This document shows positions 24,621 through 37,045 of a DNA stretch of 64,000 bases, one piece after another (the stretch's first letter is position 1; the number at the start of each line of letters is the position of its first letter). The notes beneath the pieces are model-generated. The model saw only the letters and a program-made list of their open reading frames with translations, was not told where the DNA came from and ran no database searches. Made by a program: the position numbers and the translations under genes. The stretch lies in NCBI GenBank assembly GCA_028534125.1, contig CM052818.1, positions 14,384,001-14,448,000 on the forward strand, written 5' to 3'. This DNA is from Lama glama. Its lineage: Eukaryota.

Positions 24621-25810
24621 CTGAGGGCAGGAGACAGACCTACCTTCACACCCGAGTCAGGGGAAACGCAGACGGTGCGACATGTGTCCCCTTTGGCACC
24701 AGCCCAAGTGGAAGCTTGAGAAATATTAACTAACACAGCGACAGCCTAAGAAACGGGTCCGCCCCTGCAAACTAGCAATCAGCATGCCACTTTGTTAGCT
24801 GACTTTAAAAAAAAAAAAACCCTTTCTAGGATTTTTAAAACTTGGGAGCAAGAGTCAAGTTTATCCAAGAACTTAGGAGGCAAATGATGGGGGAAACAAG
24901 AATTAACCATGGGGAAAGGACAGTCTTCCTCTGTCTGTTCAGAAGCCGTAAGGACGTTGGAAAACAGCGTAACCAGCAGGAAGGTGTCAAGTCTTAGGTT
25001 TCCAGTCCTTTCAGGCCAGAAGGATGGCTAATGTTACCATCTTCTCTTGATTTCTTCAATCAGAAAGCTGATCATTCTTTTCAAACATACTGGATAATCA
25101 GCTGCAAACAGACTGACTGTGTATTTACATGAGGCAAACAGGCAAAAGCAGAAGCAGAGGTGTCTCATTCAGGAAGTATCGCCCTGGCAAGACCAGGTAC
25201 AGATGGCTTAGAGACAAGGGCATAGCTTCTGGGAGTAAACTGACTCCTTTCTTCAGGTGGGAGAGGACTCGGACACGCCCTGCAAACCGAGCCCGGGGAG
25301 CTCCTGGAAGGTTCTGTCACCAACTTGCTTGTCAACCTCACTGGCGCTATTATCTCCTATATTCGAAGTAAATTCATTTGCCCTGAGAAGGGCTCTATCA
25401 TGATGCAATCCCCCACCCCCAAATTTCTTACCTAAAAGGTACCCTGAACAACTCAGGTAATTATCACATATCTACAGGTTATATAGTGAAGCATGCGAGT
25501 ATAACTACATTCTCCACGTAAACTGCGGAACTAAATGAAGTGAATATTTACTCAACTGTTGAAGGGCGATACTACATCAACTGAGATGACAGGTAAAGAA
25601 GATTCACGCACAGATGCCCAGTACTCCTAGTGACACTGTCTTTCCAGCTGACTCTACAAATGTCCCGGATGCTGTCAGAGCCCACTGTGCTGGGTTAAAA
25701 TCCCTTTCACAGGAAGCAGGTATTTGAGAACCGGGCTGCGAGTTTAGACTACGAGCACAAGGGCAGGGAAACAGCCCCGCCCCGAGGGTGTGCTGGCCCT
25801 GCCCACTCGC

Positions 25811-26074
25811 CTGTTGCTTTTTCAGCAGGATGTTGACGCTGGTGAGGTCTTTGCCATAGTCGTCAGACTGAATCTGACTCTCCAGGCCATGCAGCCACTT
25901 GTCCAGATCTGCGCAGCTCTGGGTGAAGAGCTCAGCCTTGTTTGCATCAAAGAGCCGCTGGGCCTTGGTCTGGGTGGTGGATTCAAGGACTTCCCACATT
26001 TTATGTAAACCCGTAAGTTTCTCCTTCACCACGGCTTCTGTCTCAGGCTTTTCTGAAATGAGCTGCATTCCTTC
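25811..26074 (-). CDS. SPTBN1: Exon 20 (EGMQLISEKP...LKKQQ)
   Basis: 264 nt, cag| and non-canonical |gcgagt donor. Confidence 0.96.
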
Positions 26075-26919
26075 CTGGAAAAACACACATAAACACAGCT
26101 TTCAGGAGAATAGATGTCACTGAAAAACAAACCTGAGATATCTGATCTGTGATTTAGTTACTCATTTAACACACACACAGTCTTTCCACACGCAGTTCTG
26201 GCTCAATAAAACCCACAATGGCCCAGTCTATTATGGCCTTCACAGGAGTGGAGCACCAAGTGACTGCTGGGGCTTTGGGACATTTAATGCTAATAACCAA
26301 CGACTTCATCCCCTTCACATCACCCCCCAAGAGACCATATGCATTATTTTAACAGTTAAGAGTCTGAAACAATATAAAGAATGTGGAGAAAGAGAAGGGA
26401 CGGTGGGGAACGTCGCACATTCAGTTATGCTACAAAGAACCTGTGCCAAAACCATACGTTTTAAATTATTACAGTGTCTACTATACAGGAGTCACCCAGG
26501 AAAAATAGAAATATTATGTATTTTAAAGTTTCTCTAAGTTCTGTGTCCCTGGGGCTGACCAGTCTCTGTTGCAGCCCAGTACACGTCACATGATCAAACA
26601 GTGAGGGCGCTGCCCGGGGCCACGGTCTATGGAGTGCAGCAGACGAGACAAGACAGAGATCAAACCCCTGGATTCATTAAAAGATAATGGAGGTGATTTG
26701 TGCCACCGGATTGGGTTTCTGCTTTTCTCCCTTCTGCTGGGTTGAAGTCAGGAGTTGGTAAATGGAGGTGGGGCTGCTCCTGGCTGTGTAATTTGTTTGT
26801 GGTCAGATACGACTCAAATATGCTAAAAAATGTACTAAATACAAAGAAGCTCATTCCTACCTCGTTCGTTTTCTCACCACAGCTAGACTAGTGGAGCCCC
26901 ACTAAACATTTTAACTCAC

Positions 26920-27066
26920 CTTCTCAATTTTGTCAAGCCATTCTTTGTTGGATGCGAGTTCTGCCATAAATGCTTGATGTTTTAACCATTTACTGTGCAG
27001 ATTTCTGGCTTCATCATAAGACATGTCCTGGGCTGTAAGCATCTTTTCATTGATCCAGAGGGACAG
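26920..27066 (-). CDS. SPTBN1: Exon 19 ([10 protein letters not shown]...DKIEK)
   Basis: 147 nt, aag| and |gtgagt; translated by hand, not in the ORF track. Confidence 0.97.
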
Positions 27067-27172
27067 CTTAGGAATTAAAAAAAAATCAGGAAGGTTTCAG
27101 AGATTGTGATCAGAGACATCAGCCTTTTTTCTGCCTGGGAAGAGGTGTTACGTCGCACTATGCATACTGCAT

Positions 27173-27186
27173 GTTTCCATGGCAAC
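27173..27186. promoter_or_regulatory. RFX X-box motif GTTTCCATGGCAAC
   Basis: 14-bp match to the palindromic consensus GTTNCCATGGNAAC; function untested. Confidence 0.5.
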
Positions 27187-30100
27187 AGACAACCAAACAT
27201 TCACTTTACAACTCTGAGCCGTCACAACACATATCTCCACTGTATGGATGCTGTACCTGAGCCCTGCACCAAACTATGTATCTAATATTAAACCCAGAAG
27301 CACAGAAGTGCTCTGAGCCAGCTTTCAAACTGTTTGGCTCTCTTAACCAGCTCTTCCCCCAAAGGTTTGTGTTTAAAATTCTGCCCTGACCAGTCTAAGT
27401 CACAACCTTCTCTCTCCTTCAAATATCCATGGCCAGTTATACCACGTTAATCATGATTAACTGTCTTTTATTCCATTTGGTAATCTTTTTACTCTTTTAG
27501 TTCTACTATATAAAAACCAAACCCCTCACTCTTTTATCCCTCCCTCCCTCCTGGGCGTATCTATGGGAATGCCACAGAGCGGAAGTAACTTGTGCTCACT
27601 GCAGGGGTAAAGTAACAACAGTGTCCTCTCAATGCTCCCTTCAAGTCTGAACCAACTTCACCTTTCCCTCTAAAGCCTGTCACTGTAAAGAGTCTTCCAT
27701 TCACACCAACAATACTTCACACGACTTGATTTTGAGACCCAACACATCTGCCTGGATCTGAACTCTGAGGAGCCTCTTCACAGAGCCTGCCGGCCGCTGA
27801 CAGGTCTGAAAGGGGCTTCTCTTCAGCCCAGCCCCAGGCCCTGGACATGCTTCTCTTGCTGGCTCTCATCCCGATTTGTCCAGCTCCGCACTGCCTGCCT
27901 GTAGTTGGCCACGCCAGGGTCCCAACTCCTGCCCCATACAAAGCACTAGCCAGGAAGAGCTTCTGTTTGCCCAGGCGGAAGATACGCAAATACACAAAAG
28001 GTCAGCCTGGAACCAGAAGCAAGTGCCTTCAGGGGCCATGTCCCTTCTGTGTGACCACTTTTATGCCCAGTGCTGCCGCAACAAATGTGCGCCAAACTGC
28101 AGTATGGTGCCGCTGCCAAAGGTTTAGAAATGCTGTATAAAACCAAGAGGAACCCTTGGAATCAACAATCCCAAGGCTATTTGCTCGCACTCTGGGCTGC
28201 TGCTGGGAAAGGCTTCTCCATAAATTTGCTTCAACAATAGGAAGTCTGTTCTTTGGAAACGATGTCAAGGAGGGGTGTGAGGGTCACGGGAGCACTCCCG
28301 CTCTACCTACCCCAGGACACTCACCCACCAGGCAGGAGGGGGTGGAGGCTGAAAGTAAAAGGTAGCGAGATCTCTTATGTCCCTCGTTATCAAGGGGGAA
28401 AGCAGCAGTAAATTTCATAAAGCTCTTTGCAGGCAAGGACCACAGATTTGTTCCACAACAACAGAGACACTAAATTTCCTACTTTAAAAGAATTACCTAT
28501 TTTCCTTACAGTTATCTAAGTCGCTAAGATCTGACATGCTATGGCCATTCAATCTAAGGAGAAAAGAGGTTAAAAGGAAACCAAATGGCCAAATGCTCCC
28601 CTGTATTCCATACACACACACTAAACACAATAAAAGGCATTTATCCAAAGTGCAAAGGGCATTCACATATTTGCGCTATTCATAACCACCTACCCGAGAG
28701 AGATTTAAAAAAAAGAGCTACATAAAAATCAAAGGCTTATAAACAAATCTGCTCTTTGCTGAACACATCACCCTACAGATAAAGCAGCATGCAGTGCAGC
28801 ACAATGAAATGGAGCCATGGAACTTGCTAGTTCATCAGCCCTCCATCAGCATTCTGGAATCAGAACCACAGTTATTATTTGTGGGCATTTACAAAGGTCA
28901 TTTAAGAATATACTCATTCTCTGCAGAAAAGAACACTGTGCAGATTGGGAAAGGATAGGGAAAATGCTTTGATCGCTGAATTAAGCTCAAAGCAAAGCAC
29001 TGAACTCGCTACCCCTGTGCCACCACATCTAGTTACACTGTTTTCCTGGGGGGAAAATCAGTTTCAAAAAACAGGAGGTATGGTGGGAGAGAATAAAACA
29101 GGAAATTAGTACCTTTTAAATCCTTCATTTTTCAGGATATCACCTTAAAATAACACTACAAAAATCATGATGCTCTCTGTAGCACCATGTATAACTGGGC
29201 CTAGATGGCCCCTGCTCATTCCCCCGCCACCCCGCACTGCTGCACTAAACTTACCCCTCCAGAAAGAGTCTGTGGAGGGTGGCAACCCCGGGAGGTTTCA
29301 CTACCCAGCCTCCTCTAGCCCCCAATGCACCAGGAAGGCAGTGTGACAAGGAGGCGACCTGGGCTCCCTAGACCTGGAATGGTACCAGCAGTGGTATTAA
29401 ATCTGACCCCTGGGTGCTCTGTAAATATCTAGCAGCACAACAATAGTTAGGTTCTCAAATGTAGGACTGGTCTACATGCAAGCTCCATTCTTAAGAGTCT
29501 GGCTCTCTGAGAGTCTGGGGCATATTTTAATGAGGCTGAACGACGGGAAGTTTACAGCCAGGGAATAATACCTATCACCCCTTTGCTTGTACTTCTTCAC
29601 TAAGGGTTTTACAGCCTCCAAACCTGACCTAAATTCCGCCACTATGTGGAATCAGTCTCTGCTATTGTGGGACAGCTGGGACTCCCAGCAGATCCTAAGG
29701 TTGTACTAAATGATATTCAAGGAAAGAAAAGATAAACCAGGGAGACTGCAGAGCAGTCCCAGAGAGAACTGTGAATCATCTCCGGCACAAAAAGCCCAGC
29801 CAAGACCCTTGTGCATACTTTCAGGAGAAATCACACAGGACTGAACGCTCTGAGCGTGCCTCACAGTCACTGGTGTGTGTTAAGGAGTGAACGCCTTGAA
29901 CCAAGGATGCTAATTTGGAACAAGCATTAACAAAGATCTAAAGATCTACTGAAACTGACTATTTCCTGTGATTCTACTTGGAAGGACTATCGTTTTATCT
30001 ACTTACTTTTCCCACACATTTCTATTTATGAATCCACACGTATGTAAAGGGAAAACTGGGGGCTGGAAATTTCAACTGAGCTTCTCTGGCCTCTCACCTT

Positions 30101-31254
30101 CTGCTCATTTCCTGGCATTCTTCTTCCCAAATGTTTCACCAGGCTCACGTCAAGGAATTACATCTCATCAACTTGCCGTTTAAGCAAGGATATGGAATCC
30201 TACTGATTTCCCCAGCACATCCCCTTCTATATGGCCTGAGGTTAAAACAAGTCACCGATGGTGCTTCAAGGGAAACATCCAGGTAGTTTAAAGACCTCCA
30301 ATTTGGGAAGGCACAGCCCAGGCTGCACACACCTCCTGACAACCTTCACTCCTTCCAAAGCTGAAGGACCACTTGGTATTCACTGCAGCACAGTATCAAC
30401 TCTGCACAGCTACCAGTGGATCCCATTACACTGCCCGATGCCTTGTCTGGGGACGTGAATGCCTCTTTTAAATGGGTATCCTCTTCAAATGGGTTGTTAA
30501 TGCTGGGTGTCAGTTGAAGGCGCACTCTTGTCCTAAGCCTGTCTGGCTCCAGGCAAATCTTCCAGAGCTCAAGATTTATCAGTATGGCCCTGAAGCCGAC
30601 AGACCCTGAGCGACATGGTTTAGGGGCTTTCTTTCCTTTGTAAGGTTTAGCTGCTAGAGCATATTGTAAGATTCACAGCAAGACAGCAGTTTCCTGGACA
30701 TGAGGGATGGCTTCTGTCACCGACGATCTAACACGACTGTTATTAGAGCTGTATTTCTCCTAACACACAGCTGCAACTTTGCATGTGAGGGGTTTGTGAT
30801 GGCTTCAGTCATGTTCTTAAGCACAAGACCTCAGTCCTCTCCACACCTTCTAGCTCCCTCTCCCCAGTGTCCCTGCAGCTTCACTTAGATGCTCTTCATC
30901 CCATTTTTGCCTCTGATAGGATTTAATCTAATAAAACAGAGAGGGCTGAGCCTCACCGCTGCTCTCTGGGAGACAGTGAAACGTGATGTCCTTGTGATCT
31001 CACACATGTGAAGTCACCTAGATGCTTTCTGCCAACCAGCTTGCAGAGAGATTGTATTTTTCTGGCTGACTTTAGTTTCTCAAGTTTGCTTATTATGCAT
31101 GTATCAGGGGAGAACGAAATAGTATGAGAATCACTAGATTAATACCACATGTTAAAACTCGGAGTCTGAAATCAGGGTTACTGCTCTTGGACACATGCCT
31201 GAGGAGCCTGAAAGATGAATAATTTCAAGGTCTTCAGTGAATAAGAAACTCATT

Positions 31255-31406
31255 TTTTATTTTTTTATTTAGTTGTTTGTTTAAAAATTTTTGTGAGGGG
31301 AGTAGGTAATTAGGTTTGTTTGTTTGTTTAATGGAGGCACTGGGGATTGAACCCAGGACCCCGTGCATGCTAAGCATGCACTCCACCACTGAGCCACAGC
31401 CTCCCC
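31255..31406 (-). mobile_element. tRNA-derived SINE, camelid Vic-type
   Basis: Minus strand GGGGAGGCTGTGGCTCAGTGG (A box)...GCATGCTTAGCATGCAC...GGTTCAATCCCC (B box), then (AAAC)n and an A-rich tail. Confidence 0.85.
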
Positions 31407-31540
31407 AGTTGGTATTTTTTTAAATCTTTCTTCTTACCTGGGTAGTCAAATGCAGTTCCCTTTATTCTTTCCTTTCATACTATTAAATATGTGTTACTTT
31501 AAATAGTTAAAACATAGTATTAGATGCTTTCATGTTATAG

Positions 31541-31745
31541 AATGTGTTAGAATATCACCACCTTCGACAATGGAAATGTCCTATATCTGTGTATCCAATG
31601 TGGCAAGCCATGAATCACAGCTGGCTGCTGAGCACTTCAAACACTGTCAGTGTGACTGAGAAACTACATTCTTAATTTTATTTAATTTAAAATGAGATAG
31701 CCACATGTGGCTAGTGTCTTCTGTACTGAACAGCACAGTTCCAGA
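31541..31745. mobile_element. MER3-like hAT-Charlie relic
   Basis: atggaaatgtcctatatctgtgtatccaat...gtgtgactgagaaact...agccacatgtggctagtg. Confidence 0.75.
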
Positions 31746-31945
31746 CACGACATTCTATATTATGATAATCTGGTTACTCTAAGTGGCAGTTTGTAGGTTA
31801 GAGAACTGACCGGCCCCACCTGCAAATTATGTAAGTGATATGAATTTCTGGCCTCGGGTAATTTTATAATTGAAAGGGCTCTTCTGCCCAGTGCTTGATG
31901 GCTCTTGGTACAGAAGAGGAAAGGAGGGGTTAAAGGGAGACATAC

Positions 31946-32036
31946 CTCCTGACAATCTTGCAGGAACTTCTGAAGATCCCTGTTGTCCTTCAGTCTCATC
32001 AGGAGCTCACTGGCTGCCTCACGATTCTTCCTATGT
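31946..32036 (-). CDS. SPTBN1: Exon 18 (HRKNREAASE...QDCQE)
   Basis: 91 nt, cag| and |gtatgt. Confidence 0.97.
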
Positions 32037-35000
32037 CTGTTATAATAAAAGTAAGAATTACTTTTAAAAAAGGAAGTAGGGAATCTTGAAATACAGAATT
32101 TATAACTCTATTCTTTCCTGGGTTTCTGTATATGCTGAAAACAGTTTGCCTACAGTTCTCAATTACGTCACAGAGACAAGACTAACAAGAGAGTGTAGCA
32201 TCTTCAAAATGAGTAAGCCATGGTACAACAGACCAAAACACCTGTCCCAGTCAGGCAACAGGCCAGGAAGCACTCAAATGAGCTTCATAAATCTGGTGCA
32301 AGGGGAAGCACCTGAGCACATGCTGTTGCCCATGTTAGGAGCTGTGGGAGAATATGAAATAGATCTTCAAGAAACTCAGACCTGAGTGGCAGGCTGTGTA
32401 CGCAGCTAAGAAAATATAAAACCACATGACTGGCTTTTAGTGAATGTTTCCTGATAACCAGATTCCCATCTTGAGAAAAACTCACCCAAAACAATAAACC
32501 AGGAATGAAAAATTGTAAACGTGAGATTATCTACCTACTCAACCCTACTCTTTACTAACAGATAAGCGTAACCAAGGTTTAAAGAAGTTAAAGCACAAAA
32601 CCTTAACCAAAAAAAACCTTGCAAGAGTTGGAAGGAGCTGCTGAGCTTGGTCAACGACAAGAGACCTGGGTGAACGTTCCCCAGCTCGAACGCAGTACAC
32701 AGGGCTTCTCAGCACACAATGCGGAGGTGCCAGAACTCACCACCACCAGCCTGTGGACAAGAGCCACGCGAACTCCGTGAGTGCCATGCAAAGGGCCACC
32801 TTCACATGGTCCTACTGCCACAGGGGAGAGCGGGCCACACTGAGAATCAGAAGCATTGCAGGAACACAGCTCCCCGAGAGTCCCAAGGAACCCAAGCCAG
32901 CGGGCCAGCCGAAGTGCAGGGCATGGAGAGGAGCGAAGGGACAGTGCAAATCGGGAGGTTTGGGGTTTTCTATCCAACCCCCAAGGCTGTGGTGCTTAAG
33001 CAAGGTCTCTCGACCAGCCCCCCAGCCCCCATGGTGGGGAAGAGGAAGATCACGACCTCTGACTCTGCACAACGCCAAGAAAGGGCAGCTCGGGCAGCAC
33101 CTGCCGCGGACTGGCTTCTAGAGGACCCTCTTCCGGACCAAGAAAGATCTTACAGGAATGCCATGCGTCACCCAGGTCCCCAGTGAGCGCTGGCAACAAG
33201 TGACAGACACAGCACCGCACCTGTGGTCTGCCTGGGACCAAAGGGAAATGCTCTCCACTCCTACAGCTACCAGTGACTACAGAACACAGAAGAAAATAAA
33301 CACAAGTAATACAGTCCGGGAATTGCAAGACACATACAATGACTTTTTAAATTTTTTTCTTTTTCAGTTGAAGAGGATTCCCTAGTTTTAGGAGAAGAGG
33401 TCGTAATACGTTTATGCCCCTTAGGCAAACTGCAGAAACAGAAAAATACTTCTTATATAATGCTAAATGAAAAGAGTTCAGGCAGAGCAAATGACGTAAA
33501 ACTCCAAGGCACAGATAAGAAAGCAGAAACTAAAATGGTGTGTGTGTGCTGGGGATGAGATTAAAAGGTAGTTTTCCACTTCCCTCCCGTTTTTTTCTTT
33601 ATTGTGATTCTGCCCAAATTTTTAACAGTGGCTTTTATAATGACAGAAACCTGAAGGCCAAAGCCCCTCTACTTCACTGCTATCCTTTCTCAGAGACCAA
33701 AAATTAAAACAAAAATTTTTTTTCAAAGATTGTTACTGATTTGGGGCTAAAGGAATGAGTCATCTAAAAATGTGGGTGGGGATGGAATGTCAAGAAAAGC
33801 TCTTCAAGTTCCCAACTCTCAAATTCCAATCACCATCTGTAGGGGTTTTGAAGAAAATAAAACAAACATTCAGGAGGAAGGTAACCTGAGTTGGAGTTAA
33901 GTCACAAAATGCAGGAATCCTGCCTTTAGTCAAAAGCCTTGAATAAAAGGGCCCATTCCCTCCCGTGGCGTCAGACAAAGATGCTAGCATGGCAGGGAAC
34001 AATCAGAGACACGGGCAGTTGCATCAGGACGTGCAACCTTGAAGCTCATGGGAATGATGGAAGTAAAAATAACTTCAAACACTATCAGACAACTCACTGA
34101 GAGACAGATACCACGGGACAGAATCTTGAATGTATCTCTTACGTAATCAAGACTCACACGTGCCCAGCAGATTTGTCTGGACAATTTTTCTCTTGCAGTG
34201 GGTCCATGGAGGAGGCAAAGGCCTAACGGTAATTTAGGGTCCCGTGTCCAAATGACACAGGTCTGCGAGGCATGATGGTGGCCTCTGAGTAACGTGCTCT
34301 GTGGAGTGAAAGCAGCTGTACTAGCAGCTGAGACCAGCGGCTGACTCAGAAAGCCCCAAAGGGAAGACAGCGTGGCTGCACTGTGTGCTTGTGGTAACTG
34401 ACGGTGCTCACGGGAAGTGAGACCAGAAAGGTCTTTCAAGGCTGGATCGTGAATTTACTTACAGGGAAGGACCTTCTAAAAATCGGCTGTAGTTTCCCAC
34501 AGTCCTAAGAGTGCTCTCTGGAGCGAGGTTAAATCTCTTGCTTTATTTTCATCTCTTACCTACAATGAGACTCAAAATGAGGTGGATACGGGGTTTAACT
34601 CTCCCTCTAGTGAAAAGCGAAGAACTAAACAGGTATCTGTGGCAAAGTGGGCTGATCATTTTAAAGCTTTTTCCCTATGTGAGACAGGGTCTGGCTTTAT
34701 GAAACTGGACACTTTTCCTTTTTTCACAGGATGGCCTCCGGGGCTGGAGTTTTCCTGAGCCAGGAAGCTCACCCGTTCGCACCCCCGGGCAGGCTTGGAT
34801 GGCAGGCTCCTTTCTGCCCAGTCACAAGCACTCTGAAGGCCACTCACACCCCACCCACATCTGTTCAGAGCCAGTGTCTTTGTTCTAGTACTTTTTCATT
34901 TCAACAGACTCAGTGGTAACAGGCGAGATTTCCAGAACGTAAGCACATTATGATAATTTTGCGTTCTACAAAAATAGCTTCACAGGAGCATCAGAATGTT

Positions 35001-36842
35001 TCTGGATGGGGATCAGATCTGAAGGTTTAGACATTTACTTTAGCTTGTGCTCCAACACCACATGGAACTCAGATTTGTGGGTTTTTTGGTAACAGACCTG
35101 TATCCTCTAGAGTCAGTTTCAGATCTTGAGGCCTCTGGGGATGTTAAAGTGAAATCAGAATTCAGTAAACACCAGTCGAGGAAAATAAGAAAACATAGTC
35201 CTCCTGAGGGTAGATCAGTAGAAAGCCCCATCTCCCTTCCATCTTTCTTAGGCTTATGGAGAGAAGAACTCTCCTCCCACTGCCTTTTAGAAATAGGTAT
35301 CCTAAGGGGACCTTGGAACTTTAGGAGCCCAGGTTCTCCAACAAGGGCAAAAAGAAGGTTAAGCCACAGCTGAGAGATGCTGAAACATTTTCTCATATCC
35401 CGGAATCTCTGGTCTTGACAGCATCACCTGCTTCCAAGCCCGCGCAGCTGCAGCACCGGGGACGTATAAATACACCGAAGAAGCTGCCAGGCAGCTGCAC
35501 GCCTGCCTGAATACAAGTGTCCCCAACGGCCAAGCCCGCTGTCAGGAAACCAGCTGTGTGCACCTAACGTGGAGGAACGTGGGGTATCATGTTTACAAAA
35601 TAATGAGAATTAACATTAGGAGAAAAGGAAATTCTATTTCCAGGTTAAGAATTCCTTGCCCAATGCTTGTTTCTCACACTCATCTAAGAAAGGCCTGGCG
35701 GAGAGATCTTTTCTTCTTATTTTTTCCAGCTATTTAAAAAGCAACAGACACAACATTATCCTAATGTACCTTACACCCTATTTCATAGTACCACACTTAC
35801 GGTATATGGATTCGGGTCTAAATCAGCGCAAGAGGCAGGCTGGCTAAAGTCAGGATTTTAGTCTTTTTGGGGAAAGAGTAATTCCCTCTCTTCACTGCGT
35901 ATCATAAAAAGTTCATCTGGCCCAGGGTCCCAGGAGACCCTCTCAGACATGTTAAGTAAGGAAACACTCTGAGCAAGGAGTTCTTCCTCTTCACTAGCAC
36001 TTGAAGGCCACAGAAGCCTTGAGGAAGAGCTTGTTTCTCGATGACATCAATCTCACAATGAGCCCTTAAATCCACCCAAATTGGGACCAGAGAAGATCAG
36101 CTGGAACAAAGGCTAGCGACTGACCGAGATGAGCCACCCTGGGACAAAAGTGGCCGGCCCAGAGCCAGCCCACGCTGATGCATCCAAAGCAGATCTGCCC
36201 AGACGTAGCACTTCAGTGATAACCAAGGCAGACAGAGAGTTAGGGGTGTCTACAGAGAACACTGGCCTTCAGGAAGGGAGAAAAATCTTTTGGAATACGA
36301 AGAAAGAAAGAAGTAAAAATAAAAATAAGATCATCTAATCTTGGAGATGCCTTGGCAGAAAAGGAAAAGGGTCTTTTCTCCTATTATGAAGAAGATCTCA
36401 TGACAGCATTATCCAAGCCAGTTTTCTAAGAAAGGCCTGATGATGCTCCTTTGTAGCTCTGCCTGCTACTCAGGACCAGCAAACCTTGCCCTCCCTCCCC
36501 ACTTCCCCCAACAGGCCTCAGAGGAGTCTTGCATGGATGACGGTGAATGTGGGCGTAGCTGGGGAAGTGCCTGGTTCTCAGGGTCCCACTAGGTGACATG
36601 CTGGATGTCACCTCTCAAAGGGTATGGCTTACACCCTGAGTGCCACTCAGCACAAAGACATCTTCGGTTAAGGATTAGTTTGGCTTCTCAGGCTTTTCTT
36701 TCGTAGATTAGATTTTGCTAGGGTGCCCATATCCTGCCTGCTAGGGAATTTACACCCACAGCCCCAGGGACTGTGGTCAATGATTCAGATGTTATAGACT
36801 CCCAGGGTGGACGACTCCCTTAAGAACCTCAGGGCACCGTAC

Positions 36843-37045
36843 CTGTCATCGATAGAGTCCACCTTCTCCTGGATGCGGTCTGAGTTGATGTTCCCATCGC
36901 TCACCAGCCTCCGGCCGGTCTCCACAACTGCGTTGATCTTCTCTTCATTGGCATCCATGGTGGTCATGAAATCCTCCTGTTTCTTAATAGCTGCTTCAGC
37001 TCCTTCCAAAGTGGTGGGCATTTCAGTATGGGCCAAAACATATTC
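36843..37045 (-). CDS. SPTBN1: Exon 17 (EYVLAHTEMP...DSIDDR)
   Basis: 203 nt, aag| and |gtacgg. Confidence 0.97.

Noticed and set aside
31330-31406. tRNA gene
   Set aside because: A and B boxes are followed by a SINE body and A-rich tail, so it is a tRNA-derived SINE.
35090-35225. Possible MITE or hairpin with inverted ends
   Set aside because: Terminal complementarity is too weak to call by eye.
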